64,000 bases of DNA from a virus. Lineage: Duplodnaviria > Caudoviricetes. The translations under genes and the position numbers were made by a program. The notes under the pieces are model-generated. The model searched no databases, was not told the origin of the DNA, and saw nothing but the letters and a program-made list of their open reading frames with translations. The DNA lies in IMG/VR virus record IMGVR_UViG_3300020374_000579, positions 3,646-67,645 of that record. One strand, written 5' to 3'. Of the stretch, positions 9,836-20,500 are shown piece by piece (positions within the stretch are counted from its first letter, which is position 1; each line of letters opens with the position of its first letter).

Positions 9836-11146
9836 TTAGACTCCTTCGGCGTCTACAGGTGCTCTGCCTAGTGGCTCTTCTTCTGGTCCAGCCGCGGCAG
9901 GATCATTAACGTCCATTGCATCTGGTTCTGCCATAGCATCTACTTCACCGTCTAATGAGGCATCCATTGGAGCATCCATTGGCTCATCCATCATTGCTGG
10001 TTGCATAGGAGCATCTCCTGTTAGTCCACCAATAGCATCGTCCATAGATTGTTTTACTGCTTTACTGGCTACAAGGTGTCCGTCTATTGCTTGAACCATT
10101 GTGTCATTAAAACCTTGTGCAACCTCGGCACCCATCTCTGCTCTCATTTGGTCTGCAATAGCAGGTAGGTCTTCGTTTACCATTTTTCCTAATCTAGCAA
10201 TTTGGTCTTGAACATCATCTGCTAATGCTCTAGCCGCCATAATAACTTCTGCTTGTTCTACTTCAACTTCTTCTGCTAACATGTCTGTGATAATATCATC
10301 AAACATGCTTTCATTTTTTGCTTGGTCTTCTTCATCGGAAGTATCACCTGTTATTTTGTACATTTTACCATCTACTTCAAAAGAATCTTTGCCTTGTGCA
10401 ATAGCATCTTTTCTAGCACCAGTAAATTTATTTTGTTCAGCAACTTTTTTACCAAACATTTGAATACCGCCAGCAACTGCATCTTCTTCTAAACCATTTA
10501 AGAAACCAACAACTGCATCTCTGCTTTTGCCACTAATTTCTGCAAACATGTTTATTTTTTCTTCAATTGCTTTTAGTGATTCAACGTCTGTCATTTCCAT
10601 GCCAACTTCTCTTGCCATTTCTCTGAAAAGTACTTCTGATAAATCTGTTTCTGGTATTGCTTGAACTTCTGGTTCAATTGATTCGTGCTTACCACCACAT
10701 GCTTCCATGTAGTCTTTAGCCGCTTTTAAAACTATCGGTAGTATAAATTCATCATCATAAGCATATCGGGGATCTTGTCTGAATTGATTCATACATTGTT
10801 TACTTGCTTCATCCATTGTGTAACCACCGTCCATCAAATTTTGTGTAGTTTGTTTAATCTCATTACACATTGATTCGTATGCGGCACCTTCCGCATATAC
10901 ACCTTCTTCAAGCATTACGTCTATGACGTCTTTTACACCTAAATACTTTGCGTATTCAGGATCTAAATTAAATTGTTTTTTGGAGTTTCTTAAAGTAATA
11001 ACGTGTGCTTGTGCCTGTTCTCTGACTTTTTCTAGTCTTGCTTTAGGATGAAACCCACTTACTTTAACTCCGTGGTTTTCTTTAAGATATGAATTTAATT
11101 CATTTATCTTTTGAATTCCAGTTTTGTTAAAATTATTTATTTTCAT
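9836..11146 (-). CDS. Putative prohead core/scaffold-like virion protein
   Basis: 436 aa, helical and acidic, many xxE-type sites, P/D/A-rich tail, late promoter upstream. Confidence 0.55.
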   Translation of the reverse strand: MKINNFNKTGIQKINELNSYLKENHGVKVSGFHPKARLEKVREQAQAHVITLRNSKKQFNLDPEYAKYLGVKDVIDVMLEEGVYAEGAAYESMCNEIKQTTQNLMDGGYTMDEASKQCMNQFRQDPRYAYDDEFILPIVLKAAKDYMEACGGKHESIEPEVQAIPETDLSEVLFREMAREVGMEMTDVESLKAIEEKINMFAEISGKSRDAVVGFLNGLEEDAVAGGIQMFGKKVAEQNKFTGARKDAIAQGKDSFEVDGKMYKITGDTSDEEDQAKNESMFDDIITDMLAEEVEVEQAEVIMAARALADDVQDQIARLGKMVNEDLPAIADQMRAEMGAEVAQGFNDTMVQAIDGHLVASKAVKQSMDDAIGGLTGDAPMQPAMMDEPMDAPMDASLDGEVDAMAEPDAMDVNDPAAAGPEEEPLGRAPVDAEGV

Positions 11147-11151
11147 TTTAT

Positions 11152-11201
11152 ATTTCCCGATAATGATAAATTGTTAATTGTATTTATCAATTATCGGAAA
11201 T
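11152..11201 (-). promoter_or_regulatory. Late promoter (11180-11188) embedded in an RBS-sequestering hairpin
   Basis: About 19-bp inverted repeat with two 1-nt bulges; one arm holds GATAAATAC, the other the GGGA SD of 9836-11146. Confidence 0.7.
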
Positions 11202-11215
11202 TTTTTGTGTTTTTA

Positions 11216-11710
11216 TTAAGTCAGGTGAATACCGTGTAGACTGTTTACATCTAATTTATTATGTAATTCTGTTCTTGCTTTACGCAAATACAGTAAAGAT
11301 AAGTCTATTCTTGCTTCTGTAGAGAAAAATAACACATCACTGTTAGTGGTTTTTAATGTGTGTTTATAAAACATTAAGTCATTTAGATGCTTATGTATTT
11401 GTCCCTGGTAACGAAGTAATGATGCTCTATAAGTAGGTAATAATGCTTTGATTTGTTTTTGATTAGCCCTATTCATTGTATGTAACAACTGATTAGCAGT
11501 TTCAACTAGTACTATTTCTTCTAAAACAACTTCTTTACTTCTACCATCTATAATTTCCCAGTCGTTGGCTTTGGTTTTTCTCTTAAAGAAAAATCCTTTA
11601 GTGCTAACGTTTTTAACCGTTTGTTCTAATTTTTTAGCAAGTGCTTGAGTTTTTGCTTTAGTAAGCCGATTCTTGCGGGTAGGTTTTGTATTTTGTTTTG
11701 CCATTGTCAT
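11216..11710 (-). CDS. Basic hypothetical protein
   Basis: 164-aa co-oriented ORF, K/R-rich N-terminus. Confidence 0.7.
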   Translation of the reverse strand: MTMAKQNTKPTRKNRLTKAKTQALAKKLEQTVKNVSTKGFFFKRKTKANDWEIIDGRSKEVVLEEIVLVETANQLLHTMNRANQKQIKALLPTYRASLLRYQGQIHKHLNDLMFYKHTLKTTNSDVLFFSTEARIDLSLLYLRKARTELHNKLDVNSLHGIHLT

Positions 11711-11876
11711 TAATTTTGAGAACTAATCCTCTTTGTCTTAACTGATTGCATGTATGTATATCATTTTCAGAAAGGTCATATTCATATATACCTTTTTCGT
11801 GTGCTAGTCTGTCAAATAATTGAAATTCTTTGGAACTACAAAATGTGGGTCCATTTTTAGAAGATAATATTCTCAT
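11658..11876 (-). CDS. Hypothetical protein (72 aa)
   Basis: Starts 1 nt after the upstream stop; possible small winged-helix-like protein. Confidence 0.65.
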   Translation of the reverse strand: MRILSSKNGPTFCSSKEFQLFDRLAHEKGIYEYDLSENDIHTCNQLRQRGLVLKINDNGKTKYKTYPQESAY

Positions 11877-11877
11877 C

Positions 11878-12066
11878 TTATCTCCTTAAAATTTTACTTT
11901 TACCTTTTGGCCCTGGTTTTTTCTTACCAATTTTTTTAGGCTTTTTAGGTTTTTGTACCACACGTTGTACATCATTAGCAATAGGTTTTACTACTGTTGC
12001 AACTGCTCCGGCACTCATGCCACCAACAGATGCTGTTTCCTTAATTATGATTTCATTTATACGCAT
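11878..12066 (-). CDS. Small basic protein with capsid-targeting-like leader (start revised to 12066)
   Basis: MRINEIIIKE/TAS..., K/P-rich tail; GATAAATA 5 nt before ATG. Confidence 0.75.
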   Translation of the reverse strand: MRINEIIIKETASVGGMSAGAVATVVKPIANDVQRVVQKPKKPKKIGKKKPGPKGKSKILRR

Positions 12067-12070
12067 AATA

Positions 12071-13363
12071 CTATTTATCAAAGTCTACATTAAATATTAG
12101 ACTAAAGTCAGTATAGTTTTTAAGCCATGTATCTAAATTAGTACTAGATGCTGTTCTTATTTCTTGCATTCTATTAGTAAATAATTCATAATTGTAGTCT
12201 GCTTGTTCTTTGTTTTGCTTTTCTATGTCTTTCCATTTGTTAGGATTTTCTTTTAACATGGATAAAGTTTCTAAATGTTGTGTTAAAAATTTTATTTTGG
12301 TAATAATATTTGTTTGAGTATCAAAATTGTTATCTGTCAAATGGTCAAATGTTTTATATCCTTTGTTTTGCAAATATTTGTATATTCTATGTGGACCAAA
12401 TATTACAAAAGGTTGTTTCATTATTATTGCTTTGTAAATTTTTTCTGTAACAACTAACGTACTATCACTAAATGTTTCAGTAATTAATTGAAAGTCGCAG
12501 TCTAGTAAATCTGTTATGAAACTATCATCTGCAGACATTTGTTTCATATGTATTATATCATCATTACGTTTATCTAATTCTATAGGATAAACTAATTGTA
12601 AATCTTTTAAGTAAGCCAACCCATCATTAAAGTCTTGTTGAGATATTTGTTTGCGTTCAGATTGTTCTATTAAATATTTTACTGTTGATGTTTGTAATTC
12701 TTGAAAGTCTACATTAGGAGTACTAATCATATTTTCTTCTTTGTCCAATGCTCCTAACAACAATGCTCTATGTGGTTTAGGAGCATTATTTAAACAACTG
12801 TACAATGTGGATTTATTTTCGTATGTGTAATCTAAATCCATATTGTTAAATTCATCATACAGTTCTGCCATAGTATCTTCTTGGAAGTTTGCTGTATAAA
12901 TTGTTTTAAAGTTTTTATAGTCTGACTTTTGTTGTATCTCTTTTATATTAATAGCACTATTACCATAAAATGTTGTATCAGGGTTTAACTTATATAACTG
13001 TACAACTTGCGATATAAACTTAAACATATAGTCATCACAATGCCCTTCAGCACTATTATCAAATAGTATTATTGCCTTATTGTTATTACATATATGTTGT
13101 GGTATAAATGTTTTATCTGTTAAATGATGTTTTTCCCAAATCTTATAAAGTTCTTTAGAGCCAATACCGTCTAAACTAATTATATATAATGTTGGTATTC
13201 GTGAACTTAACTTATCCAAATCTTTCCAGTAGTCTTCAAAAAAAGAACAAGTTCCTAATATATGGTCTCTACTAGTTCTTGGAATATTGTCTATATCTAT
13301 CCAAGACTCATTACAAGACTTTATAAATTCGTAAAATGGGTTTTGGAAGTGTGCTATTTGCAT
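12071..13363 (-). CDS. Glycosyltransferase-like protein
   Basis: C-terminal LITET...VVTEKIYKAIIMKQPFVIFG...YKTF segment resembles GT10-like sugar-transferase C-termini. Confidence 0.5.
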   Translation of the reverse strand: MQIAHFQNPFYEFIKSCNESWIDIDNIPRTSRDHILGTCSFFEDYWKDLDKLSSRIPTLYIISLDGIGSKELYKIWEKHHLTDKTFIPQHICNNNKAIILFDNSAEGHCDDYMFKFISQVVQLYKLNPDTTFYGNSAINIKEIQQKSDYKNFKTIYTANFQEDTMAELYDEFNNMDLDYTYENKSTLYSCLNNAPKPHRALLLGALDKEENMISTPNVDFQELQTSTVKYLIEQSERKQISQQDFNDGLAYLKDLQLVYPIELDKRNDDIIHMKQMSADDSFITDLLDCDFQLITETFSDSTLVVTEKIYKAIIMKQPFVIFGPHRIYKYLQNKGYKTFDHLTDNNFDTQTNIITKIKFLTQHLETLSMLKENPNKWKDIEKQNKEQADYNYELFTNRMQEIRTASSTNLDTWLKNYTDFSLIFNVDFDK

Positions 13364-13376
13364 AACACATATTTAT

Positions 13377-14555
13377 TTAGGATTTTTTGCGTCCGGACTT
13401 CATGTTGGCACACCAATGATACATTTTTGACTTCTCACCACTGCTGTTTTTTGCTTTTTTACGGAGGCTTGTTACTGAGCCTTTACAACTTGCACCTGCT
13501 TTTTTAACTCTACCAGGTCTGCTTTTGCCTTTCTTTTTACCATCAGCAAAGTTTTCAACTACCATATATGCTGGTATTTCTTTTTTACCAATGTTTAATG
13601 CTTTTTGCACTCTGTGAAATCCATCCAGTATAGTCTTGCCATCAGCATCTACTACTATAGGATCTGTTGTGTCTGCAAAATTTACATCACCCAAATCACC
13701 TATAATTCTATCAAAGCCTGGTTTATCCATCTGTAAGTCTGCTACTTTAATTGTGGTGAGTTTAGTTTTTTTGTCTTTTAAATACTGCTTTACTTTAACA
13801 CTTAAATTCCTACCTTGCTTTGTAACATCTTGCGACTTATAATTTTCACCTATTTGTTCTAGTTCGTCTATAAATGGTTGTGGGTCCATGCCCTGATTTT
13901 CAAACTCATCTATAAAGTTTCTTAATTCTATTTGATATGATTTCTTTAAAACTTTAGGATCTTCATCTCCTGTAAAATTTTTAATGCCTTTTTTAACAGT
14001 ATTCATATTGTTATCATATCCATGCTCTTCTTCTCTGTCTTGAGTCATATAGTCCCAAACATCTCGTAGCATTTTTACACCATTAATTGTAACATAATCT
14101 CTTTTTACATAAGTTCCTGGAAATGTAACAACTTCACCTTCCATTGCTTTTGCCATTTTTTGTTTCATTAATTCTTCAAAGGTAGCCGCATCACTTGACG
14201 TGTTACTAAAATGGTCAATTAATTCTTCTATTGTAGCATTAACTTTTAAAACATCTAATTTCTTTATACCCATTTGTAGTGCAACATCAAATCTATGATG
14301 TCCATTTACAATATAATTGTTTTTATCTATAACAATAGGTCTTATGCTACCATCTGCAAATCCACGTTTGGCTCTATCATGCATTCCTTTAACACGTTGA
14401 TTTTGTACTGGCATAAGTGTTTCTATGTCTACATTATGTTTGGTATAATCAAAAGGAGAATCTTTTATATCACCTTTTCTAATTTGAGGCATGATATTTC
14501 TAGGAAAGTTTTTATCTGATTTTGGTCTTTCTATTTGTAATTCTATTAATCTCAT
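13377..14555 (-). CDS. Protein with two ParB-N/sulfiredoxin-like domains and a basic C-terminal module
   Basis: RPIVIDKNNYIVNGHHR and DPIVVDADGKTILDGFHR; leader MRLIELQIE. Confidence 0.75.
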   Translation of the reverse strand: MRLIELQIERPKSDKNFPRNIMPQIRKGDIKDSPFDYTKHNVDIETLMPVQNQRVKGMHDRAKRGFADGSIRPIVIDKNNYIVNGHHRFDVALQMGIKKLDVLKVNATIEELIDHFSNTSSDAATFEELMKQKMAKAMEGEVVTFPGTYVKRDYVTINGVKMLRDVWDYMTQDREEEHGYDNNMNTVKKGIKNFTGDEDPKVLKKSYQIELRNFIDEFENQGMDPQPFIDELEQIGENYKSQDVTKQGRNLSVKVKQYLKDKKTKLTTIKVADLQMDKPGFDRIIGDLGDVNFADTTDPIVVDADGKTILDGFHRVQKALNIGKKEIPAYMVVENFADGKKKGKSRPGRVKKAGASCKGSVTSLRKKAKNSSGEKSKMYHWCANMKSGRKKS

Positions 14556-17500
14556 TACTTGAATCCAAATGCAAATTTACCACCTATTCTTGAACTGTAG
14601 TAATTTTTACTGCCATCTATTTCTACTGTACCTTGGAAGTTTGGCGGATACACAGCCTCCCATCCTGTAACTCTTGCATCATTTCCTTGTTTGCCCATTT
14701 TACAATACAACTGTACAATACTGGATTGGTTAAGAAATGCTACACAACCCTGTCCAAACTCTGGACCTGATTGATTAATTGCTCTTGTAACTTTTTTAGC
14801 AAGTAGGGCCAACATAGCATAACCTGTATTAAAGCCTGGAACATCTTGTCTCGGCGTTCCGTAATTAAATAATTCAGTACATGCAGGACTTAATCCAGCA
14901 TAGTCTTGTTTACCTTCTTGAATGTATCCATTAATTTCTTGTTCTAACCCTTGTGGTAAAATTTTGTATAACTCTGCTAATCTAAATGGGCCATCTTTTG
15001 CACTATTGCTTTGTACAATGTTGATAACATTTACTGTAACAGGAAATTGTGCTTTTAATTCTTCTGGTGCTTTAAGTATAGCATCTTGTATGTTCTTAAC
15101 ACTTGCTTTTGCACCTTTACCGCCTTTACTGCTGATACCTACTCTAGTACCATCTGGTGCTGTAAAGTAACTGTCAACAAGTGGGGCATTCATTGCCATG
15201 GGCCAAAATATACTACAACTTGACCAAGGAATACCTCTCAATAAATCTCTTCTGGCATCTTCTGCCTGTCCACCCACCATATCACTCATCAATGCAACTG
15301 GTCCCATAATTTCACCAAAGTAATCTCTTAATGCAGGCAAATTACTTATTTGTCCAGGAAATACAGGGTGTTCTTGCGTGTGTATAGTCTCTAGTGCGTT
15401 TACTAGTGTTTCAGATAGTTCATTATCAGTAGAGTTTGTTTTCACTGCTTGTATGACGTCTATGACCCCATTGAATGGGTCATCTGTCTTTATCAAGTGC
15501 TGTGGATCTATACCTATGTCTAATTTCATTGCTCCAGCAGTTTGTAATTTCCATCCTGAAGGTACTTGACTGTTACCCCATTTACCCATCATATCTGCTG
15601 TTTTTTGTTTGAAGTATCTACCCCAATATGTAATTTTATCATCTAATGCTGGATCTGTTAATACAGCAACACCAAATGCTAAACTGCCTTTATTAGGTAC
15701 ATTTGTCCAGTCTATTTGACTGTTAAGTTCTTGCTCTAATTGTTGTACAAAATCATCTCTTTGTTCAGGAGAATCAAACTCCATTTCATCTGTTGGGTAT
15801 AAATTTACACTTTGAAACTCTAATCTGTCATCACCTTTTAAAAAAGTATCACCTAATACTCTTCCCATTATGCCTTTTGATTCTATTAAACTTCTAACTT
15901 TACTTTTAGACCATTCGTTTAAATCAATTTTATCTTGTTGTTCTTTGGGTAATGCATTTATAAAATGTCTTACAATACCTCTAGCACATGCTTCGTCTCC
16001 TGCTTCGCCTCTTAAATCTCTAAATGCATCTAACATTGCAGGAATTGGTATAGCCTGAAATGCCAACATTTGTTTTTTAAGGTCTCCTACAGGAAAATGG
16101 TCTGCTAGTAAGTCATTTAAAATTTTTGTTGTTTTAATAGTTGGTACACTTTCATCTAAATCTTCTTTAGCCATGTTTGTTGCTGTTGCGTACATAACTG
16201 CTTCTGCATCTTTACCATAACGTTTTTCAAAATCTTTTTTGCTTTTCTTCATACCTTTAACATATTTTTCTTTGTCTTTCTTTTCATCTTTTGATAAAGG
16301 TCTTTCTAATACTTTTGATTCACTTAGTATTGCTAATTGTTCTTGTAAAGGTAATGCATCAAATTTAGCAAACACACTTTCATTTGCTCCGCCTTGTAAT
16401 TCTTGTCTGCCTCTTGCTAATGCACCTTGGAAGTCATTTGGTTCTTTACCTTCTTGATTGTCTCTAATTAAAACCTGTAAAACAGTTTGTTTGAAATTTT
16501 CTTCGTTGTCTGGATTTTTAAGAAATCCTACCAGTCTGTTTACATCTGGTTGTAACATATAATTTTGTATGCCATTTTGCATCAACCAATCAAATCTTTG
16601 ATATTCGTCACGCACAGCATCATAATCTTGTGTAGTTATGTCATCAGATGGATCTCTGCCTCTTGTAACTTCTGCTCTGTCCATTCTTGAACGGGCACCG
16701 TCAGGCATGGCTCTACCACCATCACCGTAAAGTTCACCTACATCATCACCAAGACTGCCGTCAGCATTTTGTCTAAAGTAGTTACCACCACTTACTGTAT
16801 AATTTGTTTTAATATATTCAACGGCAGTTTTTACACTTGCTACCCATCTTTCCACACAACAAACAGTTGGATCTGGTTCTGGTCTCCAGTTGTGGTCGCC
16901 GTCAAATGTTCTAGAAACTTTTTCTAATATGTTTGGACCTTGATTATCTACACCTCTTTCTATTTTAAAGAAGTCTGCTAAGTTAGGCCAATTTGCCGCA
17001 CCTTGAATAGTATTAGATGCTTCTCTTTCCATATGTTCGACACCAGCCGCTTTTATAATTTTTTTGTTTTCTATGGCTCTTACACCTTTTGGTGTTTGTT
17101 CCATAACTTTCTGAATAGCACTATAGAAACTAACACTATCATCCTTGTTCATCAAGTCATCGACCATTTGTTTTATTTTGCCTGCTTCTGCACCGTGATA
17201 CTTTTTAAAGTCATATGCGGCATAGGCTTTCTGGTCATTATCATCTCGCAATGTCCAAGTTATACCACTAGTACTGTTTAAAGGTTCTCCTGAAAACGGA
17301 TTTTTTAATTCTTCGGATGGGATAAGTTCTTCTACATCTCCCATTCCTGCTCTACCGTCCAACTTTCCAGTAAATTCAATTCTAAACATTTTTGATAATT
17401 TAGTTCTATCAGTACCGTCTATTTGAACATATTTGTCTTTGTTGTCTAAAGTTTTATAGTCTATTCCATACACAGAAGCAAACTTTTCAAATAACTTGCC

Positions 17501-20500
17501 ATAGTTTTTAATTCTCCAGTTTTGACTCATATTGCCAACTTTTTGATATATTGCTATAATTTCACTACCGCCTACAGCATCATTTAGTGGTCCCCAATGT
17601 GCCGCTGGAACAACAAAGAATATGCCTGGTCTAGATCCTTTGTTTACATTTTCTGCACCATTAATCATATCTTTTAGCATGGTTTCACCTGGATCTGCAA
17701 TTTTTACATCTGATGTTGCCGTTCTCTGTAGATCCAATTCATCATAATAATTCTTTTTCATAAATGTAATAGAATGTGCAGGTATGTTTATTGTAGCATA
17801 TGACTTGCTACGAATTTTCTTTTCAAAATTTTCTCTGTCTTTGGATAATTGTTGCTTACGTTTAATTGAATTGTCTTGACTGTCAAAACCATTTTGTACA
17901 AATATTTTATCTAAGCCTCTCATAAATTCTGATAGACCTTTGAATCTTTGTGCTATAATTGTTTTTACTTCTGGAAATTTAAAATAGCCAGGGTAACGTT
18001 CTTTGTTTCTATAGTAAGCACCCAAAGACTCTCTAATTGAGTCAGTGATAAAATCCTGCATGTTGTTTATTGTTCTTTCGTCTGTGGTATTTTTAATAAT
18101 ATCATCTAAAGTACCTTGAATTCTTTCATACTTATATGGTTCAATACCAAGATAAGGTGCACCATCTCTTTCACCTAATAAATCATATAAATCTTCTTTT
18201 TCTTTGTCTGACATGTTTGGTAGATCCTGTACTTCATCTCTTTCTATGCCAATTATTTCTTCCCAATCTGGTTTGTCATAGGCGTCCCTACCATCTCTAT
18301 CAAGTCCAATTTTATTGGTGTTGAAAAATTTCTCAAACATAGGAACCATTAGTTTTAAACTTTTTATTGCTTTAGATTTGTCTGTTTCGAATTGATTTTC
18401 TAAAAACAAAAATCTTCTTCTCAATAACATAGTGTAATTGCTTAATGAAACATCTTCATAACTGTCATCACCATAAATGTTAGGATTATGATTTCTATTA
18501 ACTGGTTCATTGTAAGAGTCAAATTGTTTTACAAATGAGACCATATTGTTAAAACTTTCTTTGTCAAAAACCATTCCTGGTTGCACAAAATAGGTTCCTG
18601 AGTTATATGTTGATGTTGTTAAGCCGTTATAAAAATCATTAAATTGTCTTTTACCACTTGCGTCTTTGAATAGTCTTTTTGTATCTTCTATTACTTCTGT
18701 TTTATCTATATTAGAATCTTTCCCAATACGCAAATTTATACCAAGTGTTGTAAGTTCTTTCAACACAGTAGGATTAAACTGTTTGCTGTTCATTACATTC
18801 CATATACCTTTTACTAAAGATTCAACTTGTGGTGCTGATATATAGTCGGGTCTACTAATTATATCTTTTGATAGTAATTTTTCTATACCTTTTCTAATAA
18901 TTTCCATCCTCACTTGTGGTGTTAATTTGCCGGCGCCACTACCTTTAACGTTATCACCAAATGCAATATCGTCTATGGATATTTTTAAATTTTCGTCTAA
19001 GTCCTTGTATGATATTTCATATTTTTTCAAAAATGTTCTTAATGCACCAATGCTTTTTGCGTTTGGTTGTTGTCTTGCTACACCTTGAGCAACATCCACA
19101 GCCAACATTCCAAGTGCTTCACTTAAATCTTTTAAACCTTGTAGTTTTTCTTGAGATGCACGACTACTAGGTTTTTGCATATCTGGTTTGAAGTAGGCTT
19201 TGATTGACCTATCATTTTCTGATTTTTCTTCTTCTTTAATTTTTTCGCCTTTGATACTGTCTAAATCTCTTTTTAAAGAACTGTCAAAATCATCTAAACT
19301 AGCATCTGTGTTATTAACGTATTTCATCCATTGTTTTTTCCATTTAAGGTCTGCTTCTGGATCTAAATAAGTTTTGGCGAGTTTTAATTGTTCCATTGCT
19401 CTTAACATTTGTTTAGTAAAGTCTAAATATTTGTTAGAACTGATTATTGCTTTAGTTGAGTCTAATACAGGATCGCTGGCAATATCTTCATATCTGCCTT
19501 TTAAATCTTCTACTTCTGATTCATCACCTGCCGCAACTTCACTTGCTTTGTTTAATAATCTAGACAATGCTTTGACATAGTCGCCTTCATATTGGTTTGT
19601 ATGTCCTGCAATCATTGTGGTTGCATATCTTACTGTTGCTTTAAATACTTTGTCAAAATCACGTTCGTAATCTTCCCCACCTGCTATTCTAAATTCTATA
19701 AGTTTGGTATTGGTTTTTGAATCTGTTTGACCTTTAAAATGTATTGCACGGAATTTGTCATCACTTATATGTTGTTCTAAAAATTTTTCTGCTATTTTAA
19801 TACCTTCTGATCCGGTTTTTTGTTTTAATTGTCCAATTGCTTTTTGTAATTCTTTGTATTGGCTTTTAGTGTAAGTGTTAGCCTTTCTCATAAATTCATT
19901 TAACAAGTATTGGTCACCTAACAACACAGCCATCTTAACTCTATTTGCTTTTACTATACTTGAACCAGGATCATGATTTACAATTTCTCCTTCTTGTGGA
20001 TTATAACTCATTGTTACATGTAAACCAGTACTGTTATTTGTAAGTGCGCCTTTATCCTCTAACATTGTAAAGAACTTTTTCATTTCTGTCAACATTCTTC
20101 TAGGAGTACTAAAAACAGGTGATATAATTTCTGCACCTGTGCCATATCCATCTATACTACTATCGCTTTCTACTGCATAATTTGTTGTGCTACCATCAGT
20201 GTTACCATAATCACCGTAATCCACACTGGTATCTGTAAAAGCACTATTGTTTTCCATCCAATTAGACACTATGTCAGCAACTTCTCCTAAATTGCTACCC
20301 ACAGAGTAATCAATACCATAATCATCACAGAATGAACTCATACTGTAGTATTGGTCATTTATCCAATCATCATAATCATAACTTTCACTGGCTTCTTCGT
20401 ATGCCGCTTGTCTTACATCATCATCTTCTTTTGCTAATTCTTCTAAATAATCTCTAAAGTCTTGTCCTCTAAATTCATCAACATATTCTCTGGCCCAATT

